A stretch of DNA of 64,000 bases from an uncultured delta proteobacterium (GCA_963816145.1 CAWFJP010000016.1:50780-114779), one strand, 5' to 3'; positions 41,194-52,700 are shown, numbered from the stretch's first letter. The notes: generated by a model from the sequence alone, not told the origin. A program made the numbers and translations.

Positions 41194-42173
41194 TATCCTG
41201 GTGGCGGAGTCTGACGGGTTCCCTGCCAAAGCTGCCGAGTATACTGCGACGCGCCGGCGACGTTGTTTATGCCGACCTTGATCGAAATGGGCTGTTGACC
41301 GCCGTGCCGGACGCACATGTCTTATGGGTTCGATTGAGAAATAGGATCGACGCGGAGGTTTTGGACGCGGCCAAGCGTCTCAAGGTCATCGTATCACCGA
41401 CCACGGGCCTCAACCATATCGTCTTGGAAGAAACCGAACGGCGCGGCATCAGGATTCTTTCCTTGCGAGGCGAATCCGAGTTCTTGAGTGACGTCCGAGC
41501 CACAGCGGAACACACCCTGGCCATGATCTTCATGATCCTGCGGAAACTTGCCGGCGCGGTGGCTCACGTGAAAGCAGGCGGTTGGAACCGCGATCTTTTC
41601 AAAGGGCAGTGACTTACAGGGTAAAACCGTCGGCATCGTCGGTTACGGCACGGCTCGGACGAATCGTCGCGCGCTACCTCCAGGCATTGGATACACAGGT
41701 TTTGGCAGCGGATCCCGAGGTAATACCCGACAAGGTTGATCAAGGAGTAACGCATGCTTCCCCTGGAGCAACTTCTTGAAAGAGCCGATATCGTGACTTT
41801 ACACGTCGATCTCCGCGCAGGGACGCAGAAGTTTTTCACGGCGAAAGAATTTTCCATGATGAAGGAAGGCGCCTGGTTCATCAATACTTCTCGCGGCGAG
41901 CTCATCGACGAAGAAGCGCTCTTGTCGGCGCTTCGCTCCGGCCGCCTCGCGGGCGCGGCCCTGGACGTTCTCCGCGCGGAAAATTCAGCAGGCATGGCAA
42001 GCCATCCGCTGGTCATCCACGCCCGCGATCACGATAATTTGATTATCACGCCTCATATCGGCGGCTGCACGACGGAATCGCTGGAGAAAACCGAGTTGTT
42101 TCTCGCAGAAAAGCTTTGCCAGCGAGTGCCCGCTTGCTCTTCACGAACAGCAAGTTTTAAGCGTCAAATTTAA
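41174..42173 (+). CDS. D-isomer-specific 2-hydroxyacid dehydrogenase (SerA-like, split by frameshifts)
   Basis: TTGLNHI, TAEHT, GKTVGIVGYG, INTSRGE, ALDV and TPHIGG motifs. Confidence 0.82.
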
Positions 42174-42251
42174 CGAGTCAAATTGGTCAGGAAGATCGGC
42201 GTCTTGGCAGGTAGTTCCTGATCGGCGCAGCCAAATTAGGTCGCACACTCT

Positions 42252-42933
42252 ATGTCATTCGAAAAATCCGATGCTTCAGGTAGCCCGTCGCTGCAATGGG
42301 ATAACTTTTACGGCGACGGCAAACATGTTCAGTGGTGGCCTAGAGAAAGTATCATTCGTCAACTGGCCAAAAGAAAACGCGATCGCAGCTATCATCGCGG
42401 GCTTGATCTCGGTTGCGGGATCGGCAGGAACTGCTGGTTGATGACGGTCTCCGGCATTGAAGCTTACGGTATCGATATATCGACGATCGCGATCTGAGCG
42501 GGCGCAAGCTAGAGTGCTTAAGGGCGAGTTTAGCGCCGATCTGAAAGTTTATGACGGCAAGAAGATTCCGTTCGATAATGACATGTTCGACCTGGTGATC
42601 GCCGATGGTGTCTTGGACCATATGATATTCGATGACGCTCGATCGCTGGCGCGGGAAATCCACCGTGTGCTGCGGCCGGACGGCGAGATGCTGCTGACGT
42701 TGGCTTCCACGCGGGACGATAGTTTTTCGGCTTTGCCCCCGGCTTCTTTGCGAACCTGCATCATTGACGATGGACCGGAGCGCGGGCTTATTCAGAGGTT
42801 TTTTAACGCAGCGGATTTGAAAGCGTTGTGCGACGATTTTCGAGAATTTGAAGTTGTTGAGCTCGAGGAGCACTGGTTCGGCGGCATGAACGGCAGATTG
42901 TCCAGTCGTTGGACTGTATCCTCACGAAAGTAA
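42252..42933 (+). CDS. Class I SAM-dependent methyltransferase (frameshift ~42490)
   Basis: LDLGCGIGR, GIDIS, IPFDNDMFDLV and IHRVLRPDG motifs. Confidence 0.8.
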
Positions 42934-43023
42934 ACTCACCGGGGCCGGTCGCCCAAAACAAAAATCACCCCATTAAAGAGCGTTTTTCCAACTTGAAGAA
43001 GCTTAGAACGAGAACGTACCGAT

Positions 43024-44575
43024 ATGATGTTTCTTGATCGCGACCGGTCAGTCTTTCCGGCGCCGGGGGATTTAGGCCACTTAACGTCGCCTAGTCATCA
43101 GACTGACTCCGGAGCAAAAACAGACCGGTGTATTTTGATATCGATACCGAGCGGTTTCCAACTCCGGCAATTCGTTCATTCGCGTGTGGTCGATCTCCTC
43201 ATCGAAAATCGGATTAAGGTTTTGATATTGAGTCCGAACCCACAAGATGAGGAAATGGCTTCGAGTTACCCGCATGACGCAGTCCAGGTACTCCCATTGG
43301 AATTTCAGTTTGGTCCCCTGCGCAGACGCTACTGGGCAGCCGGCAACATCTTCTCTGGGACCGCGCTATGACCGATACACTTCGTCAAAAGACGGCGGAT
43401 TTTCGTCAGCGCTTTCCCTTGATGGCTCCGGCGGTGCAGGCCGGCAATCGCTTGCTACGTCTTTTCCCCTCACTTCGTCGCAGAGTTCTATAGCTGGGAA
43501 CGTTTCATTCTAAGAGAGACAAGCGATTGATAAGATACTTGTCGGTTGAGTCGGTTGATGTGGTTCTTATGGGAAGTCCAGGTTACTTCGAGCAGGATGC
43601 AATCCTGCTGCATGCGGCGGTGAAGCGAGGTATTCCCGTAGCGGCTGCAGTCCTAAGCTGGGACAATCTGTCGTCCAAAGGCTTGATCAATCCTCAGCCC
43701 GATCGCTTGCTGGTCTGGAGTCGATCACATGCGCAAAGAGGCAATCGACCTTCAAGGAATTCCCGCGGAGCGCATCATTGAAACGGGCACCACTGTCCAC
43801 GATGCTTTCGCCAACGCCGAGCGATTTGGCTCGCGCTCTGAAAATCTTCGTCGCCTCGGGCTTGATCCGGAGCGACGCCTAATTCTTTACGGGACCAATC
43901 ATGGAGGTTCTTTTCGGGATGAGGTGGAGGTGGTCAAGCGCGTCGCAGAATGGGTGGAAAATGATGAGCTCGGAAGAAGAGCTGCCAACTTTGGGTTCGC
44001 TTACACCCGCAGGCGGTCACCGGCGTTTATGAGATTTCCGGCGGACGCTTACCGTAAACTCGCCTCAAAACGTGTTTTCGTTGAATTTCCTCCGGTGAGA
44101 GACAACGAACATGCCGTGGCAGTTGCCGAAAAGCGATCTGGAACATCTGGTTAGCTTGCTGCGGGACGCCGACGTGGTCATCAATAGCGGCTCGCTTTCC
44201 ATCGATGCAGCCATACTCGACCGTCCGGTCATCTGCATCGCTTACGATCCTTGCGGTGACTTGCCCTACGACCAATCCGTGCGCCGATATTACAATTATA
44301 CTCACATGGCGCATGTCGTCAGAGCAAAGCCGTGCAGCTGGCGAATTCTCCAGACGATTTGCGGCAAAAAATTATTGCCTATCTCGATAATCCCAGCCTG
44401 GACCGTGAAGGACGCCGTCCATCGTCGAGCAGCAATTCGGCCGCGTCGACGGCGCAAGCGCAAAACGGATGGTCAATGTCATCCTAGAGATGCTGATGTC
44501 ACAATCTACCCAAACACCAACAAATCGACCTCAGGAAAAAGCACACGCTCTGATCGTTCGCCTTTGCCTGGTTAG
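43024..44575 (+). CDS. GT-B fold transferase, TagB/TagF-like; possible CMP-nonulosonate transferase (split by frameshifts)
   Basis: SWDNLSSKG, LLVWS, RLHP-like segment and ADVVIN.GSLSIDAAILDRPVI motifs. Confidence 0.6.
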
Positions 44576-44626
44576 GTCTGCTGGGAACTTCTAAGGGTCG
44601 TCAATATCTGAAACTGCTTACGTGAC

Positions 44627-45846
44627 ATGAAGATTCGAGATATTTCTGATTATGCTTGCGGTAGTCTTTTTGATGACTCTTTTTGTCGACTATCTTGTCG
44701 GCGTTTTTCTGCCTAAAAATCCTTATCTGGTTTTCCCCCCCATGACTGAAGTAGTTTATAAAACGAAGGAATTCGAATTCACAGCTTCTATAAACAGTCT
44801 GGGATTTAGAGATCGCAGTTTTACCGTCAGAAAGAATGCTAATTATCGCATCGTCGCCATCGGAGATTCCTTCACGTACGGTTGGGGCGTGACCGTTGAA
44901 AATTCCTGGCCAAAGGTGCTTGAGCGTAATCTGAGAGACAACGGTTGGCAGGTCGAGATCGCTAATTTGGGGAAACCGTCTGCCGACCCTATCGACTATG
45001 CAGAAATTGCGGAGAGAGCAATTCCACTGCTCAAACCTGATTTAGTGGTTGTAGGGATATTGCAAGGTGAGGACTGGCGCAGCTCTCTTTCACTGCCCAA
45101 TCGCAAATTAATGGCAACGGGAGGCACGACATTCGGTCTGTTGTATCTAGATCAATTCGACACATTTTCTCCAATTCTATTGCTGCTGCTGAGCATTTAA
45201 CGGGTCGAGATGAGTCGATCCAGAGAGTTTCAGTACATGACAAATGGGCAGAAGAGGCAATGCTCGCGATAGAAACTTTCACTTCCAAGGAAAAGGCGCG
45301 CTACGAAAAAATCGATAGAGCCGCCAAAGACGCCTTTGTTAAGGGGCTTCTGGATCCCGGTCTTGTATACTTTGGTGTCGAGATCCTGCCTATTTTCTTC
45401 GGTCTTTTGATCTCACCCAAGTTGCTACTATAGTTGCAGTCAATAAAATGTCTGACCAATTGATTCGCATTCGAAAACTCGCCGATCGGAACAAGAGCAA
45501 AGTGATAGCGGTATCTGTTCCATTTGGAATTTATGTCAGTGACCAAATTTTCGAAACACGAAAAGGTTTCGGTTTTAATTTGGTCAAGGATATGCTGTTA
45601 ACCGATACCGCCGATCAGGCCATCCAAACAGCTTCGAAAAGGGCGGGGCTTCGTTTTTACACGTTTACCAAGCAGGCTCGGGAAGCGAATGCGAACGGGA
45701 CTCGCCTCTATTTTGCGCTCGATGGTCATTTTAATTCTTCTGGCTACAAGTTTTTTGCAACCCAGCTGACCCCCATAGTTACGAGGGAAATCAACGCATC
45801 ACTGGCGATTCCGCCGCTAAGCGCATCTAGTGACCGGCCTAACTGA
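44627..45846 (+). CDS. Membrane-anchored SGNH/GDSL protein (AlgX/AlgJ-like, split by frameshifts)
   Basis: INSLGFRD, IGDSFTYGWGV and LYFALDGHFN.SGY motifs. Confidence 0.72.
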
Positions 45847-45944
45847 AGAAGTGTTTTGAGATTAGGTGGCTCATGGGTGGTATTGTTCGTGACAATTTGT
45901 CAATACAACTAGGCTTATCCGATAGAGAATAGAGGAGTATTCTT

Positions 45945-47060
45945 ATGATAACACTTGTCACTGGGGGCGCAGGATTTATTGGTTCCCACGTCGTTGACCT
46001 TTTACTTGATCGAGGATTCTCTGTCCGGGTTCTCGATGATCTTGTCCCCCAGGTTCACGGTCACACGGGACAGCCACCCGCATACCTGGATCCCCGTGCT
46101 GAGCTGATCGTTGGGAAACTCGATGATCCGACGGTGGTGAGGCTGGCCCTACAAGGAGTGGATGGCGTAATTCATTTGGCATCTTCCGTGGGTGTGGGTC
46201 AATCGATGTATCGTATCGTGGACTATTGCAAGACTAATGTTCTCGGGACCGCGACGCTATTACAGTGCGTTATCGAAGGGAACAAAAATCTAAAAAGCCT
46301 GGTTGTTGCGTCGTCCATGTCGATTTACGGAGAGGGACGTTACTGCAGAGCCGATAGTCAGCTCGTAAATGCGATGATACGGTCCGAAGAGCAGATGGCC
46401 GCTGGTCGCTGGGAGTGTCTAGATGCGAACGGTGAGGAACTCAACCCTCTGCCTACCGACGAAGAAAAACCTCTGTGTCCGACGTCGGTGTATGCAATCA
46501 ACAAAAGAGATCAGGAAGAACTTTGTTTGAGTGTGGGCGCGGCCTATGGGATTCCAACAACGGCCCTTCGATTCTTCAACGTCTATGGTTCCAGACAGGC
46601 CCTTTCCAATCCTTATACAGGAGTGGCAGCGATTTTCTGTGCTCGCCTGCTTGGAAATCAGCCACCCCTTGTATTCGAGGATGGCTTGCAAAAGCGCGAT
46701 TTCGTTCACGTTCAAGATGTTGCGCGGGCCGTCGTGTATGCTGCGGAAAGGCCAGTGCCCGGGAAAGCCATCAATATTGGATCGGGAACCGCGGTGTCGG
46801 TCATTGAGATCGCGGAGATGTTGGCGCATGAAATGCGCAAAAGTATTCCTCCGTCCATTGTTGGTAAATACCGTCAGGGGGACATTCGTCACTGCTTTGC
46901 TGATATCTCTACGGCAAAAAGTCTCTTACGCTGGACTCCTGCAATCACGTTCCGTCAAGGCGTTCCTGAGTTGATAGAGTGGGTGCGCTCGCAGCGAGAT
47001 GTACGCGATCGGGTCAATCAAGCCTGGGGAGAACTAGAGCAACGGGGACTTTTGGCGTGA
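45945..47060 (+). CDS. NAD-dependent nucleotide-sugar epimerase/dehydratase
   Basis: VTGGAGFIGSH, SSMSIYGEG, YAINK, NPYTGVAAIF, RDFVHV and GDIRHC motifs. Confidence 0.92.
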   Translation: MITLVTGGAGFIGSHVVDLLLDRGFSVRVLDDLVPQVHGHTGQPPAYLDPRAELIVGKLDDPTVVRLALQGVDGVIHLASSVGVGQSMYRIVDYCKTNVLGTATLLQCVIEGNKNLKSLVVASSMSIYGEGRYCRADSQLVNAMIRSEEQMAAGRWECLDANGEELNPLPTDEEKPLCPTSVYAINKRDQEELCLSVGAAYGIPTTALRFFNVYGSRQALSNPYTGVAAIFCARLLGNQPPLVFEDGLQKRDFVHVQDVARAVVYAAERPVPGKAINIGSGTAVSVIEIAEMLAHEMRKSIPPSIVGKYRQGDIRHCFADISTAKSLLRWTPAITFRQGVPELIEWVRSQRDVRDRVNQAWGELEQRGLLA

Positions 47061-48283
47061 CAACCACCGATGAACCTGTTTTGACCGTTGTGACCGGAAG
47101 TTTTCCACCGCAGGTGTCCGGAAGCGGAATCCTGCTTGCCAATCTTTTTACGGATTACAGCGGACCGGTGACCGCTATCGTTGCACACGACTATCGTCGA
47201 TATTCGGATCCGGATTTCTTGGCACCATGCCCAACGTCTCCTTTAGCGTTTCCCTGCGCTTTTCCGCGGACCTATGATCGGCTCAGGAACCGGTTTACAG
47301 CAGCGATGTGCCGTCTCATTGTGGGCGACATAAGAAGAAAGTTTATAGAGCTCCGCACAAACGTTGTTATGGGAGTGTACCCTTACGAAGTCTACCTCGT
47401 GGCGGCTTTCGTCGCCGCACGACAACTTAAATTGCCTTTTTACGCGCATTTCCATGACCTTTGGCTGGACAATGCGAAACCTGGCACAGTAGGAGCCCGC
47501 TTTGCCGAACATTGGCAACCCATAATCCTGAAAGAATCCGCCCGGGTTTTGTGTATGACCGAGGCCATGCAAGAGCATTACAAAATTAAATATGGAATTT
47601 CCACCGAGCTCTTGCCACACACCATATCTGCGCAAGATTACGCTGACGCGCCTACTGCGATGCTACAGCCGTGCATGCCTAAACCGACCGTATTGTTTGT
47701 CGGTTCCGGTAGTCCTCACATGAACCTCGACGCACTCGGAGTACTTGCAGCTGCCTCCGAGCTCTTGCCCGCAGATTATGAACTGCTTTTCTGTACGGAT
47801 TTAGATCTTGCTGAGTTAGATCGCTTGGGTATTCGATCGAGCCGCCTTCAAGCTCGCTACGTAAATCGCGCAGCGGCACAACGTTTACAGTCTCAGGCTC
47901 ACGTTTTGGTCGCGCCTCTCTCACACAAGAACTGTTCTGTTGACGAGGTGAGAACGGTGTTTTCAACGAAGCTTCTCGAACATTTAATTTGCGGCCGCCC
48001 GATTGTTGTATTTGCCCCGGAAGACTCTTACCACGCGGTATCGGCGAAAAAGAACGGGTGGGGCTATGTGGTCACGGAAGATTCACCGGCGGCCCTGGCA
48101 TCAGCCATTGTGAAAGTGGTTGCGGATGAAGACCTCGCACGTAGCGTCGTTCGTTCGGCACTTCGGGAAGCTCGAGCCAGAATCGCCAAACATCATGCTG
48201 ATCGACTGCGAAGGTGGGTCGAGGAAGACCGCGCTTACCCAAAGGAGAATCATTCTTATCAGCGTCGCTGCGTCACTAGCTGA
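47057..48283 (+). CDS. GT-B (GT4-like) glycosyltransferase
   Basis: SFPPQVSGSG, HFHDLW and STKLLEHLICGRPI motifs; GTG overlaps the upstream stop. Confidence 0.75.
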   Translation: MTTTDEPVLTVVTGSFPPQVSGSGILLANLFTDYSGPVTAIVAHDYRRYSDPDFLAPCPTSPLAFPCAFPRTYDRLRNRFTAAMCRLIVGDIRRKFIELRTNVVMGVYPYEVYLVAAFVAARQLKLPFYAHFHDLWLDNAKPGTVGARFAEHWQPIILKESARVLCMTEAMQEHYKIKYGISTELLPHTISAQDYADAPTAMLQPCMPKPTVLFVGSGSPHMNLDALGVLAAASELLPADYELLFCTDLDLAELDRLGIRSSRLQARYVNRAAAQRLQSQAHVLVAPLSHKNCSVDEVRTVFSTKLLEHLICGRPIVVFAPEDSYHAVSAKKNGWGYVVTEDSPAALASAIVKVVADEDLARSVVRSALREARARIAKHHADRLRRWVEEDRAYPKENHSYQRRCVTS

Positions 48284-48323
48284 CTATGCAATATACAGCG
48301 TCCGTTGTTTTAGTGATGCAATC

Positions 48324-49598
48324 ATGAGTGTCGGAATAAGAACTGTGACTCAAGTGTCCGCTAACCCCCTGATCGTAAATCAAAAAAGATCGTTCTGTTA
48401 TCCGACCTCCGCATGCGAGCGATTTTTATTGCTGACGACTATCGCAATTTTGCCAATCGAAGACACCGTCCCGACAATTAGGGGCTTCAGCATCTCGTTT
48501 TTGATGTTTGGAACACTATTCGTGTATGTGATTATTAACCGTACACGGTCGCTCGGTTCAACTTGGTTACATCCTGTATTCTTGGCCGCCTATGTTTTCA
48601 TTTTGTTAGGCTTTCTTGTGGAATCAGCTCATCCCAGTCCTCACTACTCAGATTTGATACGGGTTGTTTTCATGATCCTGGGCGGCCTCTCAATCGCCGT
48701 GCTTTGCCGGGATCGGAGGGCTCTTCGGGCCTGTGTTTACGGCTACTTGCTGGGAAGCCTATGGTTATCGCTTCTCCTTATGTATACATCATATGGCTCT
48801 CTCCAGGGCGCTACGGCAGCGAATTTTGCTCAAGCCTCCCGTGTTCGTTCAGAAGTAAGCGAGGAGATTCCAGTAGAAGGTGATCTTAACGCGATGGCAT
48901 TTCTGACCGCGCAGGGTGCGGCCGTGGGGCTGGCACTAACTTTGACAGCCTCTTCTTTGTTTTTGCGTACGCTATTCTTGGGAATTACGTTGTTTTGTTC
49001 TTTAGGAACCTTCATGCCCATGTCTAGGGGCGGAATTCTTATTCTAGCCATCTCGTGCATGGCGGTCATTTTTGTCTTCGGAGTCACGCGCATGAAAGCG
49101 CTGGCCTTGATCCTCTTGCTTGGGGCTGGTGTCTTGAGTGCTGTGCCCAAGGTAGTGTTTTCCCGCATGGAGGTGGAGGAAGGAGCAAGAGGGCGAATCT
49201 ACGAAAGAGCGATCGACCATTTGCCAAAGTATTTTTTAGCGGGTGTCGGAGACGGGAATTATAAAGCCTCGTGGGGATATAATCACGGTTTTACCAGTAT
49301 GGAATTTGGAGGGAGTACACTCGGTACACATAATGCGTTCATACAGGTTACGGTTTTTTGGGGAGTAGCTGGTCTTGTGGCATTTCTGGCGCTAGTCTGG
49401 CAGACTTATCGATGCCTTCCGAAACGGTGCCGGAAAGATGAGTTGGCATTGTGTCTTTCCGCCATAGCCGTGTCTTTGTTATTGTACCTGCTTGTTTCGC
49501 ACACTTTCTACGATAAATTTTATTCTTTAGGTTTAGGCTTGCTAGTGGCGGCGCGTCTTTGGATATGGTCGCGAGGTGTTGTTTCCGAGGTACGCTGA
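48324..49598 (+). CDS. Wzy polymerase / O-antigen ligase family membrane protein
   Basis: About 10 TMs; SRGG, R..IY, GVG.G and HNAFIQ...WG..G motifs. Confidence 0.8.
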   Translation: MSVGIRTVTQVSANPLIVNQKRSFCYPTSACERFLLLTTIAILPIEDTVPTIRGFSISFLMFGTLFVYVIINRTRSLGSTWLHPVFLAAYVFILLGFLVESAHPSPHYSDLIRVVFMILGGLSIAVLCRDRRALRACVYGYLLGSLWLSLLLMYTSYGSLQGATAANFAQASRVRSEVSEEIPVEGDLNAMAFLTAQGAAVGLALTLTASSLFLRTLFLGITLFCSLGTFMPMSRGGILILAISCMAVIFVFGVTRMKALALILLLGAGVLSAVPKVVFSRMEVEEGARGRIYERAIDHLPKYFLAGVGDGNYKASWGYNHGFTSMEFGGSTLGTHNAFIQVTVFWGVAGLVAFLALVWQTYRCLPKRCRKDELALCLSAIAVSLLLYLLVSHTFYDKFYSLGLGLLVAARLWIWSRGVVSEVR

Positions 49599-49688
49599 AG
49601 AGAATCCTGAACTCAATTCAACTTTCTCGACTTTAATATCTCCACTCTTTGGATTACTTTTTTCGGTCATTTTCCATTCCCTTAGAAA

Positions 49689-50738
49689 ATGAAATATGAA
49701 ATAAAGCGTTTTCTACCTGGAATTCAGGTGCAGTGGACTTTTAACGAGACCTTATGGGCAAGTCGGAGAGACCAAATTCTTTCAAGTGTGGATGGTGGCA
49801 AGAACTGGACGCGAGTATTCACAATTCCTACTCAGCCGGTTAAACGAATATCTTCTCGTATTCCTTTCCTACGTCGACTCTTTCGTTTGGGAATTAGAAG
49901 TTACCTGCAACTCAGTGATCGAGAAATTATTATCTTTTGCAACAGAGCCATCTTCCTTGCGTCACGAAACTACAGAAACCCCGTTCTCCTTGGTTCAGTT
50001 CGTCATGGTAGCGGACCGTTATCAAAGGGATGCTGCGTGGATGATAAAGGAAATGCCTACTACGGGGAATATTGGCGAAATCCGCAACACGACAGCGTAG
50101 CAGTGCACCTTTGGGAGAGAGGCGGGACCTCTTGGGATCCATATTACGTGTTTCCTCCTGGTGCAATTCGGCATATCCACGCCGTCCAGTTCGACCCCTT
50201 CTGGAAGAAGGTGTGGATAGCGACTGGCGATGAGGATAGCGAATGCAACATTGGTTACTTCGACAGGTCATTAGCTGTAAAGTTGAAACACATAGCTGCG
50301 GGCCACCAGAATTCGAGAGCGGTAAGCCTGCTTTTTACGGAAAAGTATGTTTACTGGGGTTCGGACGGAGGTCGAGGCACGAGTGTTAAAGCAAACCATA
50401 TTTATCGGTGGTGCAGGCGTACCGAGAAGATTGAACAAGTCGCTGAGGTTGGAGGACCGGTCTATTATTCAACGATGGATCAAGCCGGGAGACTGTTTGT
50501 CTCGACAGTGGTCGAAGGAGCAGCCTCGGAACGGGACCGCTATGCGCATCTTTGGATGTCCGTGGATGGACTGAACTGGAACGAAGTCTGGCGATGCAGC
50601 AAGGACCGCTATCCTTTTCTACTTGGTTATGGAGTGTTGTCGTTTCCGCAAGGCTCAGCTCCAGACTCTCGATTGTACGTAGTCGCCAGCGGCGTAAAAG
50701 GAGGCCACGGTACGTGGGTATTGGAGTCCGATAGCTGA
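49689..50738 (+). CDS. Beta-propeller protein with Asp-box (BNR)-like motifs
   Basis: SVDGGKNW, SVDGLNW, YYGEY, RHIHAVQFDP, WIATGD and YWGSD motifs. Confidence 0.65.
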   Translation: MKYEIKRFLPGIQVQWTFNETLWASRRDQILSSVDGGKNWTRVFTIPTQPVKRISSRIPFLRRLFRLGIRSYLQLSDREIIIFCNRAIFLASRNYRNPVLLGSVRHGSGPLSKGCCVDDKGNAYYGEYWRNPQHDSVAVHLWERGGTSWDPYYVFPPGAIRHIHAVQFDPFWKKVWIATGDEDSECNIGYFDRSLAVKLKHIAAGHQNSRAVSLLFTEKYVYWGSDGGRGTSVKANHIYRWCRRTEKIEQVAEVGGPVYYSTMDQAGRLFVSTVVEGAASERDRYAHLWMSVDGLNWNEVWRCSKDRYPFLLGYGVLSFPQGSAPDSRLYVVASGVKGGHGTWVLESDS

Positions 50739-50843
50739 GAAACACATCTGGAGAATAACGAACCTTTGGAAACCGCCCAGTCCTATCCGTAATCCTTTAC
50801 TGAACCACCAACCTTCCTCGAAAACAGTTGCACTAAGAACACA

Positions 50844-52058
50844 ATGACACACCTGACCGAGACGCGCGCGACGAGCAAGCCTTTATGCTGTACGATTCCC
50901 TCTGCTGAAGGCGACCAGAGACCTAACAGCGACCGAAAGAATGTGCTTATTCTAGTGGATGAACTAAAGGCCGCGGGTGCTGAGATTCTCGCCGTTAATA
51001 TGGCTATTGGCTTGCAGGCGTCTAAACATTACAGGCCAGTTGTATGCGCCACCAGAATCGGTGGAGAGTTAGAGGACAAGCTAAAGGAAAATAGGATTAA
51101 GTATTTTCTGTTACATAGGAGCAAACCTTATCATGTCCAAAAGTTAGGATTCTTAAAACAAATAATCAGGGAGCAGCGCATCAGTATCATTCACGCCCAT
51201 AAATCCGGGTCAAGTCTCTGGGGCGGCCTTTTTGGAAAACTAGGCAAGGTCGACGCTATCTTTGCCCACATCCACGGTAGAAAGCCCGATTGGAAGTCTT
51301 CAATAGCAGAAAAGTATTTGGCCAAGCTGTGCGACAAGATAATAACAGTTTCGGACTTCGAAAAGCGTAGACTTATAGACGAACAAAGAATCGATCCTTC
51401 TAAAATCATTACGGTATACAATGGAATTCGAGTCTCAAAGTACAGAACCAATATTAACTATTCCCTTAAAAACGACTTTGGAATAAAGGCCGACGTTCCG
51501 GTGATTGGTATTGTTGCTGAACTCCGACCGGAGAAGAATCATGATGCATTCTTATTTGCTGCAAAGGCGCTACTAAAAAGTCGACGTGATATTCACTTTC
51601 TTATCGTAGGCGACGGCGCAAGAAGACACGAACTGGAAGGCCAAGTTGCTAACTTAGGTATCGCAAGCCATTGTACGTTTACGGGCTTTATCAGGAACGT
51701 TCCTGACGTTCTTTCAATTGTTGACGTTGGCGTCTTGTGCTCTCAAAGAGAAGCTCTTCCTTTGACACTGCTTGAGTATATGGCGTCCTCCAAGCCGATT
51801 GTTGCAACCACCGTGGGTGGTATTCCGGAGGTCATCAAGGATGGACATAATGGATTCCTGGTGCAATCTGGTGACCACCTCGCTCTTGCAGAAAAGATTG
51901 ATTGCTTGCTCGATAACAAGCAAATGGCTTCACGAATGGGTAGTGAAGGTCTGTCAATGGTGAAGCAGAAATATAGTGAAGAAAAAATGATTCAGACAAT
52001 TGAAGAGCTTTATGATCAAGAAGCGAGTCCACAGAATATCCGGCTGGGACTCTGCTAA
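50844..52058 (+). CDS. GT4 glycosyltransferase
   Basis: IIHAH, VYNGI, EKNHD, EALPLTLLEYMA and GGIPEVI motifs. Confidence 0.93.
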   Translation: MTHLTETRATSKPLCCTIPSAEGDQRPNSDRKNVLILVDELKAAGAEILAVNMAIGLQASKHYRPVVCATRIGGELEDKLKENRIKYFLLHRSKPYHVQKLGFLKQIIREQRISIIHAHKSGSSLWGGLFGKLGKVDAIFAHIHGRKPDWKSSIAEKYLAKLCDKIITVSDFEKRRLIDEQRIDPSKIITVYNGIRVSKYRTNINYSLKNDFGIKADVPVIGIVAELRPEKNHDAFLFAAKALLKSRRDIHFLIVGDGARRHELEGQVANLGIASHCTFTGFIRNVPDVLSIVDVGVLCSQREALPLTLLEYMASSKPIVATTVGGIPEVIKDGHNGFLVQSGDHLALAEKIDCLLDNKQMASRMGSEGLSMVKQKYSEEKMIQTIEELYDQEASPQNIRLGLC

Positions 52059-52319
52059 TTCTCCTTCTTCATCGGTACGATTATAAAGAGTACCTTTACT
52101 CTTGAAATACCCGACAACGTTCTGTCTAACATTCTTAGGTAGATTTAGGCATATGTGCCGGAGCGTGCGGCTGACATCAATATTAAGAGAATCATTTTAG
52201 GATGTTACGTTCTTAGCTGAGTGCATCACAACCTATCCACCTATGTTGATGTGCTTGCAGTTGGTTTTAAATTCTGAATATTAAGTAGATAGGATAGCCG
52301 ATCATTTCAATCGGCGATT

Positions 52320-52700
52320 ATGGGCAACTCTATGAAACCTCTGCGTTTTGCTTTAGCTCAAATAGTCTGCCGGAAATTACCGCCAATACTCGCTCAGACA
52401 GTCCGCGAATGGATTTACCCGATGGTAATGGCGTTTCGCGATGATTACGAATTTATCGTTCGTGGACAGAACGGATCAGTATTCAAAGTTAGAACGGGAA
52501 TTTTACAGGCGTATCCATTTAGCGTACAAGGATATTACGATTGGCGAAACGGTGCGATTGCCTTGGCCCATTGTACCGCAGGAGATACCGTTGTTGACAT
52601 CGGTTCAATATTGGAACAGAAACGATCTATTTCGCAAGTATCGTTGGCGGCGGCGGAAAGGTAATTGCCTTTGAACCCCTTCCAACAAATCTTAACTCCA
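52320..52700 (+). pseudogene. FkbM-family methyltransferase, frameshifted and cut by IS200
   Basis: Across one frameshift reads VVDIGSNIGTETIYFASIVGGGGKVIAFEPLPTN, then the IS begins. Confidence 0.75.

Noticed and set aside
33410-42500. Programmed frameshifting or phase variation in the neu/fkbH genes
   Set aside because: Breakpoints checked are not at long homopolymers or slippery heptamers, and there are too many; assembly error is more parsimonious
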